64,000 nt of DNA, taken from the NCBI GenBank assembly GCA_965645245.1, contig OZ287077.1, positions 1,860,001 through 1,924,000 on the forward strand, written 5' to 3'. Shown here in pieces: positions 52,237-64,000 of the stretch. The position numbers and the translations under genes are program-made. How positions within the stretch are numbered: the first letter of the stretch is position 1; each line of letters opens with the position of its first letter. The stretch is from Massalongia carnosa. Taxonomy: Eukaryota. The notes beneath the pieces were generated by a model, which was given only the letters and a program-made list of their open reading frames with translations, ran no database searches and was not told the origin of the DNA.

Positions 52237-52251
52237 AAAAACATTTAAAAA
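52237..52251 (-). terminator. RNA polymerase III oligo-T terminator of the 5S gene
   Basis: TTTTT-AAATG-TTTTT at and immediately after the 5S 3' end on the minus strand. Confidence 0.8.
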
Positions 52252-52369
52252 CATACAACAATCGGGATTCGCTGGTGGTCACCCACCCAACTACTAATCG
52301 ATCGATCTGAGTCTTCAGTACGGCAGAGCGGACGGGATACCCTGTTTGCCTCAGTCTATGGTCGTATGT
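52251..52369 (-). rRNA. 5S rRNA gene (dispersed copy, 119 nt)
   Basis: Reverse complement reads ACATACGACCATAGACTGAGGCAAACAGGGTATCCCGTCCGCTCTGCCGTACTGAAGACTCAGATCGATCGATTAGTAGTTGGGTGGGTGACCACCAGCGAATCCCGATTGTTGTATGT. Termini pair, an oligo-T follows, and TATAAA lies ~25-30 nt upstream. Confidence 0.97.
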
Positions 52370-53628
52370 GAAATTAGTGTGCATATTACAAGATTTATAT
52401 CATTATACCGTCTCTTAAAATTTACTCCTATTCCTCTCGACTCTTATATACTTTCGTTGTCTCCCTTTCCTTGACTTCTATTTTGACTTTGAGATTATGA
52501 TACATTTTTCATCCGTAATTCCTCGTTTACATTCTTCTGTCACGCAAATAGACGAAAGGAGGAATAAGTCAACGTAATCTACAAAGTTCCAGTCAACAGG
52601 ATCATTAAACCCCCGCCTTTCCCATCCATCAATAACCGAGTCCTTTCTAGTCCCCTTGAGTAGCTCCCGAATAAAGATGTAACCAACCGACTAGCACACT
52701 TCCATTTCTTCAGCGGACACAGATCTGGGTAATATTGGGTGTGTTGGATCAATGCAAAACATACAGACCAATATTTTTTTAAAAAAAAACTTGGAAGAGA
52801 AAGTCATGGCAGTTTGACATGGTCTTGTCATTTCCTAACAACATCAACATACACCCTTCAAACCTTCTCCCATACCAATCACCCCCCATATCCCCACTTC
52901 ACTGGCCTTCCTTCTATTCCATCCCACTCCACCCTATCCATTCATGAACCCTCTTCCTCTTTCGTTCTGAGACGGTTTTAAAGAGAGAGAAACGCTGGCT
53001 AGGCTAGATAGTATTTGTGTGAAACCTGTTTGAAGGAGGTGAGGCATGCAGATAGATAGTCATTCAACCTCCTTAAACCCTGTCTGATAGTCAATTATCA
53101 ACCTATTGCTGAAACTCGCAATCGCAGCTGCAAACACACGGTTGCCTTCCTGAGATTTTCTCAAACTAAAGTATGTATGAAATATCCAATCCTTTATATA
53201 AAAACCCTACCATACCATACCAGAACAAAAACCGTTATAGAAAACACATATACATCAAAGGGTCTCCTTGTCATCCATGCATGCATGCATCCCCATCCGC
53301 CAACCCCAATAAACAACCCTTACCCCTTACGCCCAGTAATGGATCTAGTACTTATGAACAAGTACCCATTCTATTCACAAAACTCAATTTCCATTTTTAT
53401 ATCTATCTCCATCATAGTAAAACCTTTAGCCCGATAATAAAGCTCTCTCTCTTCACTTTCCTTCCGTCCTCTCCCTCGTTCCCAAAACCAACCATTCATC
53501 TCCTTACCATAAAACCATCACGCTTCATCCTTCCCTCAAGCTTTCCAAAAAAAAAAACAAAAGGCCCCCCCCATTCCTACCAAGCTATCCCACGCCATCC
53601 TCTCCCCTCCCCCCCGGGCGTTAGGACC

Positions 53629-53692
53629 CGAGCCTACCCCGAGCCTATCTTGAGCCTATCTTGAGCCTATTTTAAGTCCCTCTCGAGCCTAT
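53629..53692. repeat. Short tandem repeat, 11-bp unit GAGCCTATCTT (about 4-5 imperfect copies)
   Basis: CGAGCCTACCCC GAGCCTATCTT GAGCCTATCTT GAGCCTATTTT...GAGCCTATT. Confidence 0.7.
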
Positions 53693-54362
53693 TAAAAGAA
53701 TAGGATTGAATTGGTTTTCTAAATCCGGGAAACAGGTTTTCCTTGAAGATATTTAAGTACCTATACATATACATATGCATAAATAGAGTCTTTCCGCAGT
53801 GGGGCAATTAAGGGCTGTGAGGAAGGGAGCTGGGGATGGGCGGGTTGGGAGCGAGAAAAAAAAAAGGTGGGTAGAGATCAAATGAAAAGAGCACCCCTGA
53901 CTTAGTCACTGAACCCCCTACTCGGCACCGACGCTGCTGCTGATATACGAATGGACGGAAAACAGCAACCAGTTAATTTACAATAAAACTTAAGAGTTCC
54001 AACTCCAGCGAGCGAAACTTCCGTCCATCCGTCCAACCGGTCTTTGTGCCAAGGTCATTTGCTTCAGGACGAGTTTGTTTATGATAATGAAGCATAGACA
54101 GGCAGGGAGGCAAAAAGATGGTTTTCTTGGTTACAAGTAGAGCATTCATCACAGGTTAAGAATAAGAATAATTTCTTGGGTATATGGAGCAGCAAGAAAG
54201 TGGGTTCGTGGCCCAATCGTGCGTGCAAACAGAGTCAGCAAGAAACCTTTGGCTCGGTTACCAAAATTGTTTGACCTGATACCCATCATTGGTTACAAAG
54301 AAGGAATCCCAAACCAAACGAAACTAGCCATTAGACAAAGAACGACAAAGAAACATATTGCG

Positions 54363-56777
54363 CTAAATAATACCCTCCCACATGCCTGGTCCCGACCTTG
54401 CGGCCGGAGTTGCGACAAAACGGTTGCTTCTTCTTACTTCCTCCCTACCCACACAGCAAGGCCTCTTCCGCGAGGAGCATGCCATCAAACGCGGGGCTTG
54501 GGACCAAATGTCGAAGCTTGCGATTTCGGTCTCCTTCGGCACCATGAATGAGTCAGCAAGTCGGCGATCATTCAAGACAATGCTATCGTCCTCGCCACAC
54601 GATAGGTTGTTTCTAGCATCACCCCTTGTTGTCGAGGCGATAAGATCTCGAACTGAGGCTTGAACGGAAAGATCCTTTGAAAGTGGTCGCTCTCTCTTGC
54701 GAGAGTTGGTGGTAGCTGATAGTTGACTTCCTACCGACTCCAGAACGTAGATTTCATCGCAAGCATCAGAAGTTGAAGGATGTTCGCGCTTCCGCGAGCT
54801 AGATGTGGTTGACGGACATGGAAGGACTCGATGGCGGTTGAGTGCGAGATTGCGCAGTGCAGCGGCTGCCTCTTGAGCGGAAGTAGTATGAGGACCGCTT
54901 AAAGCATAGAGAGCGGTCAAGTCGTTTTTGAACCCTTTCTGAGGCGGACGACTAAAGTAGTCACCTTCAGTCGGCGTTACGGCGTCTGGTGACACCGAGA
55001 GCCCTTCCCACGACGACTCATCGCTGGGCGATAACCGAACAAAGGGTCTGGATTTCTCTTTCTGGCTAGCTAGCTTTAGGTTAGCACACCGACGAGTCGC
55101 TTGCACAGCCAGTGGTGGCTGAGGGAGCGCGCAGGTCGAAGATGCTATTGATGAAATCGATGAAGACCGCGAAGTGCGAGAAGAGACATCCGATAGCATT
55201 GACTCGGGCGATGAGAGAGATGAGACGGAATGCGCTAAGGATGATCGCCGCGCAGATGTCGGGAGGTGGGGCAAAGTAGGCTTCCAAAAAGTCGGATTAT
55301 CCAAGGTAGACCTAGCAAGAGAATTTGTCTGAACTTGAGCCATAGCGATGCTCATTGAAGAGCGCCCGCAACCAAGCCCCAAAGCACTCGCTGCAGGAGT
55401 ACAGAAGGTACCAGCGTGGGGTGTCATAGTTGGAGTTGGCAACAGCCCAAGGTGAGGAAGTGGTGGGAGAATCGGTTCGTTGGAATCCGTCCTACGGGGT
55501 ACTGGTTCTAGTACTTTCGGAATGGCATAAAAACTGGTGGATATCGGCTCGGTCGAGCCCAAATATGCGGGCATCTTAAGATGAAGCGGAACCGCTGACA
55601 GCGATGGAGATTCTATTCCTTCGCTGGGAGAGCTGTACCCAGAATCGTGGGAAATGGTGGCAGCGCCGAATGTGAAGGGGTCAAGATCTGGAGTTAGAAG
55701 CGGTATAATCGTCTTCCACATATTTGGCGAAGTCGCCGATACTTTTAGCGGAGTAGACGGTTGGGAGGATGGTGAGTACTTCAGTACAACATCCGTCCAA
55801 CGATTAAAGACTGGTTCTGGTATATGTAGTTTCCAGTTAACAGCCGATAGAAAAGCCATTTCGTTGGTGTTGATTTCGAAAGTTTTTAGGCCCGAAATCT
55901 TGCTCCATGCCCGTGCCGAAAAGTTTCGATCTTGGAGATATTTGGATGCGAGGATCAAGGCAGCAAGGAACATTCGCCGACCACACTGCATGGCCCGACA
56001 TGTTTGTGAGTCTTCGGGCTGCTCCATGGTAAAGTCATGTTTGGGTATACAAGATTGAATGAGAACCAGATAGTAAAGAGCCACCTGTAAAGTCGAGTAG
56101 CTCGTTTTTGAACGCCTCAGTACCTCTTGCACGAAAGTCCGAAGACCAATCAAGTTTTGGTCTTTCCCGTCCACACTAGTATCGCGACTACAAGACAACA
56201 CCGAAAGTGGCCAGATAGTCTCGATCATTTGAGTCGTGGTATCTTCGAAATATGGAGATCAGCTTTCAAAGGAAAACTAAGGAGGGACTTAACCCAGCTT
56301 ACCAACAAGACTATCCACAAAATTATCTTTTCGTTCACATTGCCGAATAAGCGCAGGAGGAGGCCGAACAGGTGCGGTGGTTCCATTTTTCGGATTTAGC
56401 TGTGGCAACCGATGCGTTCGACGAGGATTTCTTCGAGAGTCAGGAGTAACCGCTTCACAAAGGGGCTGCACCCTAGGTTGCGCATGCTTTGTGTTATGGG
56501 ACTTAAGCTTCAGCGACGGCTCGCCGCAGATAGCGTCGTCTCCTTTCGAAGCTTGTCGGGCTGTAGTGTACGCATCTTGGTTTTCGTGCTCCCAAATCGC
56601 GTTCAACGAGTTGGTTGAGGATGATGCAGTTGAGCTTTGTGATGGAGCATCCAGGGAGAAGATTGAGGAAGATGACGAGGAGGCGGATGAGGCAATCGAG
56701 GAGCCATAGGGATGATTATTCGTCGACACGCAAAGCGTGGTTGGCGCTAGTACATCGTTGTTTGATATGCTAGCCAT
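54363..56777 (-). CDS. Pcl5/Clg1/Pas1-like (Pho85-type) cyclin, 2 exons
   Basis: RPPPALIRQCERKDNFVDSLV/...MIETIWP; LRTFVQEVLRRSKTSYSTLQVALYYL; MQCGRRMFLAALILASKYLQDRNFSARAWSKISGL...NEMAFLSAVNWKLHI cyclin box. Confidence 0.92.
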
Positions 56778-59700
56778 GAAAGAGATACAGCAGTAATACT
56801 CTGAAAACCCAGAAGCAAATTATAAAAGTGTATAGATGCAACGGAGATTTTTCGTCCAGGTCGTCCAATGTAGAGCCCACTAAAGTGACCTGTGCGACTG
56901 TGCGGAATCCGATTCTGACGAGAAAACACCGACTTCCGTTGAAAACAGGGATATTATGCTTCCAGCCTGTGCGTTTGAATCGGAATCCCAAGGTAAGAAG
57001 ACTGTTGCAGATGCTCCCAGGGTGGAATATTAATCGACACGAGATTACAGGGGATAGGAACGCAGCCTGAAATCCAGAGTATAATCAAATAAATGACTGC
57101 TCCAGGCTCCGAACACTGCCTAAATCAGTTAAACGGGCAGATATGGCAAGGTTCAGAAAGTTCAGAGACCTGATGACTCTCTGTCTTCCGAGCTTCCAGT
57201 TACCGTTTGTACAAGTCCAATAGTCAATACCGTCGAGACTCTATGGCCGCAGAGTCAAGTGAAATAAGGCCCTTGTCGACAGCTCCCTGTCGCAAAGGAA
57301 AGTGTATAAGTAGGTTGAGGAGTTCACCACGGTGCTCCCTTGCCGAGGCTTACTTTGTAGACGGGTATGACAATGGACCTAGCGCATTCGGTGACTAGAA
57401 GACTCTGATACTTGTTGCGTATGAACCACATTTTTCCTGATACCTGGCGGACTTGAGATGAAAGGCGCTCCTAGCTACCAGCTGCTTCGAAGTATATGCT
57501 CGGTTTGAGGGTGACGACTAGGTCAGAAGATGCGAAGTGAGAGAAATTAAATTGAGTATTTCATATTTGATTCCTTCGAGAGAAACAAAATGAATAATAT
57601 TGTAGTTGGGTGAACGCAGATGTGAAGTGGCAATTGTGACTAACAGACCACCGACCACGATTTACGTGTGCTAACCAAATCTTCGAAGAGCGGGAAAGGT
57701 GGCACCTCTAGTAACAAGGCTTTAAGAGTAAGAATAAAAGATCTTTTCATAAATGAGTAGTTAGCATGACTGTTTTTATCTCAGTAAAGAGGGCACGGTT
57801 TTTGGGGGGGGGTTTGGAGTTTGAATAGGTCTTACAGGGAGTTGTGGTACGGTCGCAAGTTGCAAGACAAACATACAAATACAGACAGGTTTGGAGTGGA
57901 GTTTGTTGGGAAAGAACATCAAAGAAAAGCAATCACAGATTCTTATGCGGACTGGATGCGGAGGGTAAGAAGTGATGACATTAAATTTGTGTTCATTTTG
58001 CCTTCATGCTCTGTATCAGTAGGAGAGCTCTCTCGAAGAAGGCGAGTTTGTTGGGTTTTGATCCCCTACCCAAGCGTTACCCAACCTCCTAGCGCCGGCC
58101 TCTGTGACTCTAACTAACCTATCCAGCATTGGCCACCATTGATTACCTAAAGGATTACTATTACCACCTCTGTACTCTGTATTTTGTACTCCGTCCTCTG
58201 TATCATGGCCCAATTTATTTGATCATTTCTCGTATCTCCACACGCTATTCTGTACAGATATCAAGGCCATTAGAGTGGAGCATGTTGCTGTGATCGCTCA
58301 TTGACAATGACGGTCATGCGAACCGCGTCTTGCGTCTGTCTATCCCAAGATCGGTGATGGCCCATTGGATTGAAATTCTTAGTCATCACTAGAGTATTTT
58401 GAGCCGGAATTGGTTTCAGCTCAACGTCCTTCTCCGAGAATCCCCCTGTCTCATGTGACTCCGATAGCACGTGATACTATTTCTAGCTCATATGTCACGT
58501 GTACCAATGGACAAGCTCCTGATGCTGTCTGGCAGCACCGAAGAGTCGAAGTGGCAAATGTGACACATCTACCCGAGTCTTCACATTAATTACTGATGGC
58601 GGAGGCAAGGTACTCTGTTTTTAAATATTCCTGGCTTTGGCTAATAATCAAGTTTTGCGATAATAATGACTCAAAGACTCTGTACTCTGTAGTAGCACCA
58701 TGATTTCCCCGGCCCACTGAATAACTGTATTATTAGCATCGTTCGACTAACTAAAATTTAGTACGAGAGCTATTAGGTGCATGAAATACTTGACCAAGGT
58801 AGTTACCTACTGAGGGGTGCGCAACTCTCAGGTTTGATGGTTGTACGGAGTGTCCTTCAGCCCTGATGATCAACTTGGGCTGTCACCACAAGGCTGAGTC
58901 AGGTCCAGGCACAGAATGTGTTCGACGTGCCTCCCAGCTGCGATCCGTCTTTAGAACACATTATCCATCTTACGTTGAATAATGGCTTTGTGCCCTCCCG
59001 GGTTCTGTCGCATGGCCTGTTTCTGATCCATCTGCCTAAACATTCACCAATCTCCGCTTACCATAAACCGGATGATAGTTTGCATAGACTCAACTCGTAA
59101 CCGCCCCATCAAGAGGCAAATGCTCGAGTATACCTATTAAATGTACATCATCTAAGCTAAAGATGCAGACAAGGCTTCAGCTTAGTGACCCGAGATCCTA
59201 CCATTTCAAGTTTAAATAGTGGCAAGGTTGTCTCAGCATGCAAAACCGCTGCCTAAAGCTTGTATGGCACAGCATTTTGGAGACGGTCCCAGTTGGACAT
59301 GGTTGCGACCGCTAAATGTTTTCCACATTGCACTCTTAGGCACTGAAAGGTAGGCACGCCGCTAGTCTATGATTTCAACACCCTATGCCAGCTCTGGGTA
59401 AAATTATATCATGACAACACATTCGAGGAATAGATCGAGCTCATATTGTAGCATGTCAGCCGGCTGCTGGCAAGAAGGAAAAGCGATGTGAAGAAGTTTG
59501 AAATACTGACCTAATAAGAAGAGAACTGCTGTTTGCAAAGATACCGTTATTTCGGATTTTGTTTTTAATATCTTCTACTAATATGCCAAATCTTGCTTTG
59601 TTACCTTATTACATACTTTTATAAACTAACAACAACTTTCCATTTGGTCTTCCAACCACCTCCAATATATGCGTCGTCGCTTGAAACGAGACCAAAGAAA

Positions 59701-60673
59701 GGAACAGGAAATTTCCTTCAACCGTTCAAACAAGCAAAAGGAGTTTTAACAATAACTTAATGCAGAGATGACCCTTACCGAACTGGACTTCGAACTGCAC
59801 TCACTAGAGCTATTTGGATTTTCAATGACTATCTATCATAGCTGGCTTTAGCTCATCGATGATGATATATGAATTCTTATACTCCGTACTTTAGGTGAGG
59901 AACCTTGAGACTACAATATGACATTCCGTCAGTCCTCTACTAGCCGTCTAAGCCTCTCCTGGTTAGTATATTTCGCTAAGTTCCTGGATTAATGTCCCTG
60001 CTGACTAACGTGACTGCGGTTGCATGTCTGAGCGTAAAACTCAAAATTACGGTCAGATATAAATCATGTAATATTGCGAATTTTCGACGTATTGACGTCT
60101 TGCTTTTTTTGTTTGCACGCGCTGTTTCTTCGATAGAATGTTATAAACATGAATAAAAATTGAAATTTATAACGAAAAAATTAACAAAAGTTGATCATGA
60201 TCATATCAAGCGACGACGACGTTACAGAAATGAATATAATAAAATGTGACACTGTTCTGTGAGGTCGAATTCATCGTTGTCTTGATCGTTAAGTAATATC
60301 TAACCGTAATCTTGAGTTTCGAACGTGCTATAGAAAAGCTGCGTAGTTAGCTTGTTAACCTGAAGGGGCTTAGCCGGGCAGGTCTGAGGTACTGATTCCT
60401 CTATAGCATCATTACATCAGTATGTGCTTTCTTTTGCAGAAGGTTCCACAGTAAGAAAATAACCTTCAGACTTTAAGAAAGTTTCTATAGTTCGTGTGCA
60501 TTGCCAAGAGGACTGCGCAAATCTCCCAAACCAGCAGACCGCAATTTAACAGTTCATTCAACTGGTTTTTCCATCTATGATTCAAATGACCATTTTTTCT
60601 AGCCTAATAAATTTCCTCCTGATTGTTAAAGCTTTTCTTTCTTATATACATGGTTAGGCTCTAGATAACTCTC

Positions 60674-61360
60674 ATGAAGCCTTTTCTTTTCTATAGTTTG
60701 ACTTTTGGCTTGGCTTTTGCTAGACCTGCAAACGACGAACATGTCGCAGAAAGGCTGCTGTCTAGCAACGTAGACAAGCTATCTTCAATTCTGTCCCGAG
60801 ACATAGGCAGTTTAAATCCATGTACGCACCGGGGGGTTAAAGTTCGTATCTCTCTTTTCTCACAGTTGTTGTATTATATTAATGATGTGCCAGCAAACTG
60901 GGACGTGCTTACACACAAGTCTATGTCAAAACGATGTTTCATTTATTGGAGACTGTCCTGCCGGTAAATTCTTATCTGTGGCCTAAGGATTTCACCTCAA
61001 GTGTTGCTTTCCGTCTTCTCTTTCATGAGCCTTGCTAATATGGACGGTCTAAACAAAGATTTAGATCCAAACGTCCAATGCTGCATTCATTTAAACTGCG
61101 CAGCGCCAGCTGGAAGTTTTTCCTGCCAAAACACAAACAAAGGCAAATGCACTGGCTGGTTTCTCCCGTTCGTGGCTTTTGAGCTGTAGAATATTTCATC
61201 AGCTGATATAGATCTCAGAAGTTTCTGCCCTGGGGTTGAGTCAGACGACATCCAATGCTGTGTCGACAATACCTATGATCCAACATATAATTATGCCTCG
61301 AATGGTCTGGACATGTCTACTTCAGTTCCAGGGGGGAGAAGTGGTACATGCATTGGTTGA
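60674..61360 (+). CDS. Small secreted cysteine-rich protein (4 exons, two Cys-repeat units)
   Basis: Signal peptide MKPFLFYSLTFGLAFA. Predicted spliced product ...NPCTHRGVK/QTGTCLHTSLCQNDVSFIGDCPA/DLDPNVQCCIHLNCAAPAGSFSCQNTNKGKCTGWFLP/SFCPGVESDDIQCCVDN...TCIG, with three GT-AG introns. Confidence 0.75.
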
Positions 61361-61798
61361 GGACATATCAGGGAGTGGTGATGTTCCACATGAAAGTCTT
61401 TAAAGAAGACTTTAGGGCATGTGAGGAACCCAGCATAACTATAGGTCCGTGTCTGTTTTGTATTCTTACTCTCTACTTGATGATACTGCATATGCTATAA
61501 GTTACATCGTGATTAGAGAGAGGATGTAAAGATGAAAGACTTTGGTAGAAAGGATGGAAGAAAGGTAGTATGAAAAAAGGGATATTCTGATATACCAACG
61601 GTCAATTGCTATTCCTACTCGTCCATCCACATACTTCTGAGGTCACTCCGGTTTTTTCCGTTCTACTGAAGCAATCAAACAAATGTCTCAAAAACTCTAG
61701 ACCAACTCCATTCCTTAGCATTCAATCTCCTGTAAAGTAATAGAAAACCAAAGTACTGGTATTGGTTGCACCTTTCCGAACCTACACCCCAAAACGTT

Positions 61799-63513
61799 AT
61801 GATGGGTTTTATGAAACCCTTGTTTCTCATTCGTTCGGCTCCGCGACCTCGTGCCTATATCTACCACCTTCTGGATTCTCCGTCAAGGAATCGATTTTCC
61901 CTACCACTGCCCGCTTGGTACTTTGGTTGGAGTATCGCAAGGGACCTGAGTATGGTATGTGACGGTAAAGATTTTGCTTGCGCGATCAAGCTCTAAACAT
62001 GCGACAGGCTACTCGAACCGAGAACGATGCTTTCGGGGATGTTCAGGTGCCTTCGGACAAGTACTGGGGAGCGCAGACGCAGCGGTCTTTGGAGAATTTC
62101 AAAATCAATCAACCCCAAGATCGCATGCCTCCACCAATAATCAGAGCATTCGGTATCCTCAAAGGCGCAGCGGCCAGGGTGAATAGAACTTTTGGGCTTG
62201 GTAAACCAGTCAACCCTTCGGATTGAGAACCGTAGCTGAGATATGCCAAGACCCCAAGATTGGCAAAGCGATACAGCAGGCTGCAGAGGAGGTTGCCTCC
62301 CTAAAACTCATCGATCACTTTCCGTTGGTGGTATGGCAGACAGGATCGGGAACACAATCGAATATGAATGCCAATGAAGTTATATCAAATCGGGCCATTG
62401 AGATTCTAGGAGGGGAAATGGGCTCAAAAAAGCCTGTTCATCCTAACGATCATGTCAACATGTCTGCGTCATCCAACGATACTTTCCCAACCGTCATGCA
62501 TATTGCTTCCGTTTTGGAGATTGAAGAATCGCTACTGCCAAGCTTGGGGAGTCTACGAGATGCCTTGAAGATGAAAAGTGAACAGTTCTCGAAGCTCGTC
62601 AAGATTGGACGAACCCATCTGCAAGACGCTACGCCATTGACATTGGGGCAGGAGTTTTCTGGCTATGTGACTCAACTAGATCGCGGGATCGAACGTGTAG
62701 AAGCAACACTTCCTCATTTACGACTTTTGGCACAGGGTGGAACAGCAGTAGGCACAGGTCTAAATACTTTCGAAGGCTTTGCTGAAGCAGTTGCGGATGA
62801 AGTCAGCAAAATAACCGGTACGGGATTCAAGACCGCGCCGAATAAGTTTGAAGCCCTTGCGTCACATGATACCTTAGTTCACGCATCGGCGGCTCTCAGT
62901 ACCTTGTCAGTCTCCCTTTTCAAAATAGCCAATGACATAAGGTACTTAGGGTCCGGACCCCGTTGTGGTTTGGGTGAGCTACGTCTCCCGGAAAATGAGC
63001 CTGGATCGTCCATCATGCCTGGCAAAGTAAATCCGACTCAGTGTGAAGCGCTCACGATGATTTGTGCCCAGGTAATAGGAAACCATACAGCTATGACCGT
63101 GTCAGGCATGAGTGGCCAATTTGAGTTAAACGTGTTCAAGCCCGTTATTATAAGAAATCTGCTGCACAGCATACGGATTTTAAGTGATGGAATGAGCAGT
63201 TTCGAAAAACATCTGGTGATAGGAATCGAAGCGGATGAGGACAGGATCAGCGAACTTTTAGAGAAAAGGTCGGTTTCATTCCATCCATCGTCGAATGGAT
63301 CAATTATCGCTGACCGAGACAAACAGCCTTATGCTCGTTACAAGTTTAAACCCGATCATTGGGTATGATATGGCTTCCAAGGTTGCAAAGAACGCATATA
63401 AGAAAGGGCTGACGCTGAAAGAGAGCGCGATGGAGCTCAAAGCATTGAGTGAAGAGGATTTCGACAAACACGTTGACCCAAGCCTAATGTTGAGTCCTAA
63501 GGAAAGGAAATGA
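61799..63513 (+). CDS. fum1: Class II fumarate hydratase (fumarase), 4 exons
   Basis: RTENDAFG...[36 protein letters not shown]; signature [15 protein letters not shown]. Confidence 0.98.
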
Positions 63514-63779
63514 TCATTGCTTTCAGAAGAGATCTGGATTCTTTCTTTATTAGACATATCGCAAACCTTTGTTATGTTCATATTGCCTGGTGTATCAGGA
63601 TTAAGATCCTACTTTGGAAAAGGGGCACCTTTGCTTATGTAAACTTTAGTTAGGTAGTTGACGGCGCGTAGTAGGCACACACGGCACACACTCACGTTAA
63701 ATTAAGCGAGTCACGTCTCGTAATCCACTACATCACGTCAAAGTTTTCTACTTGATTTGTGAGATTAAACTTGTTCAAC

Positions 63780-64000
63780 ATGCCTTCCGCAACGAGTCCT
63801 CGCAGAAGAAAGAGGGAGATTAGTTCCAACGAGCATGAAAATCATGATTTATCCACGCTTATTACTGCTTCCTCCAGCACCAACAAAAGAGCTCGTCTCA
63901 CCCTCAACGGCGACACGTCGCAATCAACACTCCGATCGCTGCTGTCTCCGGAGAACAGCGCGCATTCAAGCCATACGCTGCAGGCGGAGAATGTGCACCC
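63780..64000 (+). CDS. 5' end of an unidentified protein (runs off the window); NLS-like basic clusters
   Basis: ATG in CAACATG context, open to the window end: MPSATSPRRRKREISSNEHEN...NKRARLTLNG... Confidence 0.5.
   Translation, partial: MPSATSPRRRKREISSNEHENHDLSTLITASSSTNKRARLTLNGDTSQSTLRSLLSPENSAHSSHTLQAENVH

Noticed and set aside
57601..57615. GTAGTTGGGTG matching part of 5S (possible split 5S or Starship boundary)
   Set aside because: Only 11 nt match with no extension, and there is no captain gene nearby.
63511..63642. Stop-codon readthrough of fumarase to a peroxisomal signal
   Set aside because: The context is TGA-TCA and the extension ends APLLM, which is not a PTS1.

Overview
Intron-containing genomic DNA from a filamentous ascomycete (Pezizomycotina, inferred from gene content, GT-AG introns with CTRAC branch sites and a dispersed 5S gene). 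The left end holds a partial AIF/AMID-like oxidoreductase and a three-layer transposon nest: a ~78-bp hairpin MITE-like element, a Fot1/pogo element inside it, and a Mutator element inserted on the pogo terminus. Conserved genes follow: areA/nit-2, a CREG/PNPOx-like protein, rec8, sid2/dbf2 and a Svl3/Pam1-like ketopantoate-reductase-family protein. A decaying accessory interval (~31-46 kb) contains a broken hypothetical gene, a secreted SnoaL-like protein and a tyrosinase pseudogene. The right part has an RGS-domain membrane protein, an intact 5S rRNA gene, a Pcl5/Clg1-like cyclin, a small secreted Cys-repeat protein, fumarase and the start of one more ORF. I found no convincing wholly new biological system; the strongest observations are the nested transposon architecture and some regulatory and gene-decay features. 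All calls come from reading the sequence by eye, and exon boundaries are approximate.
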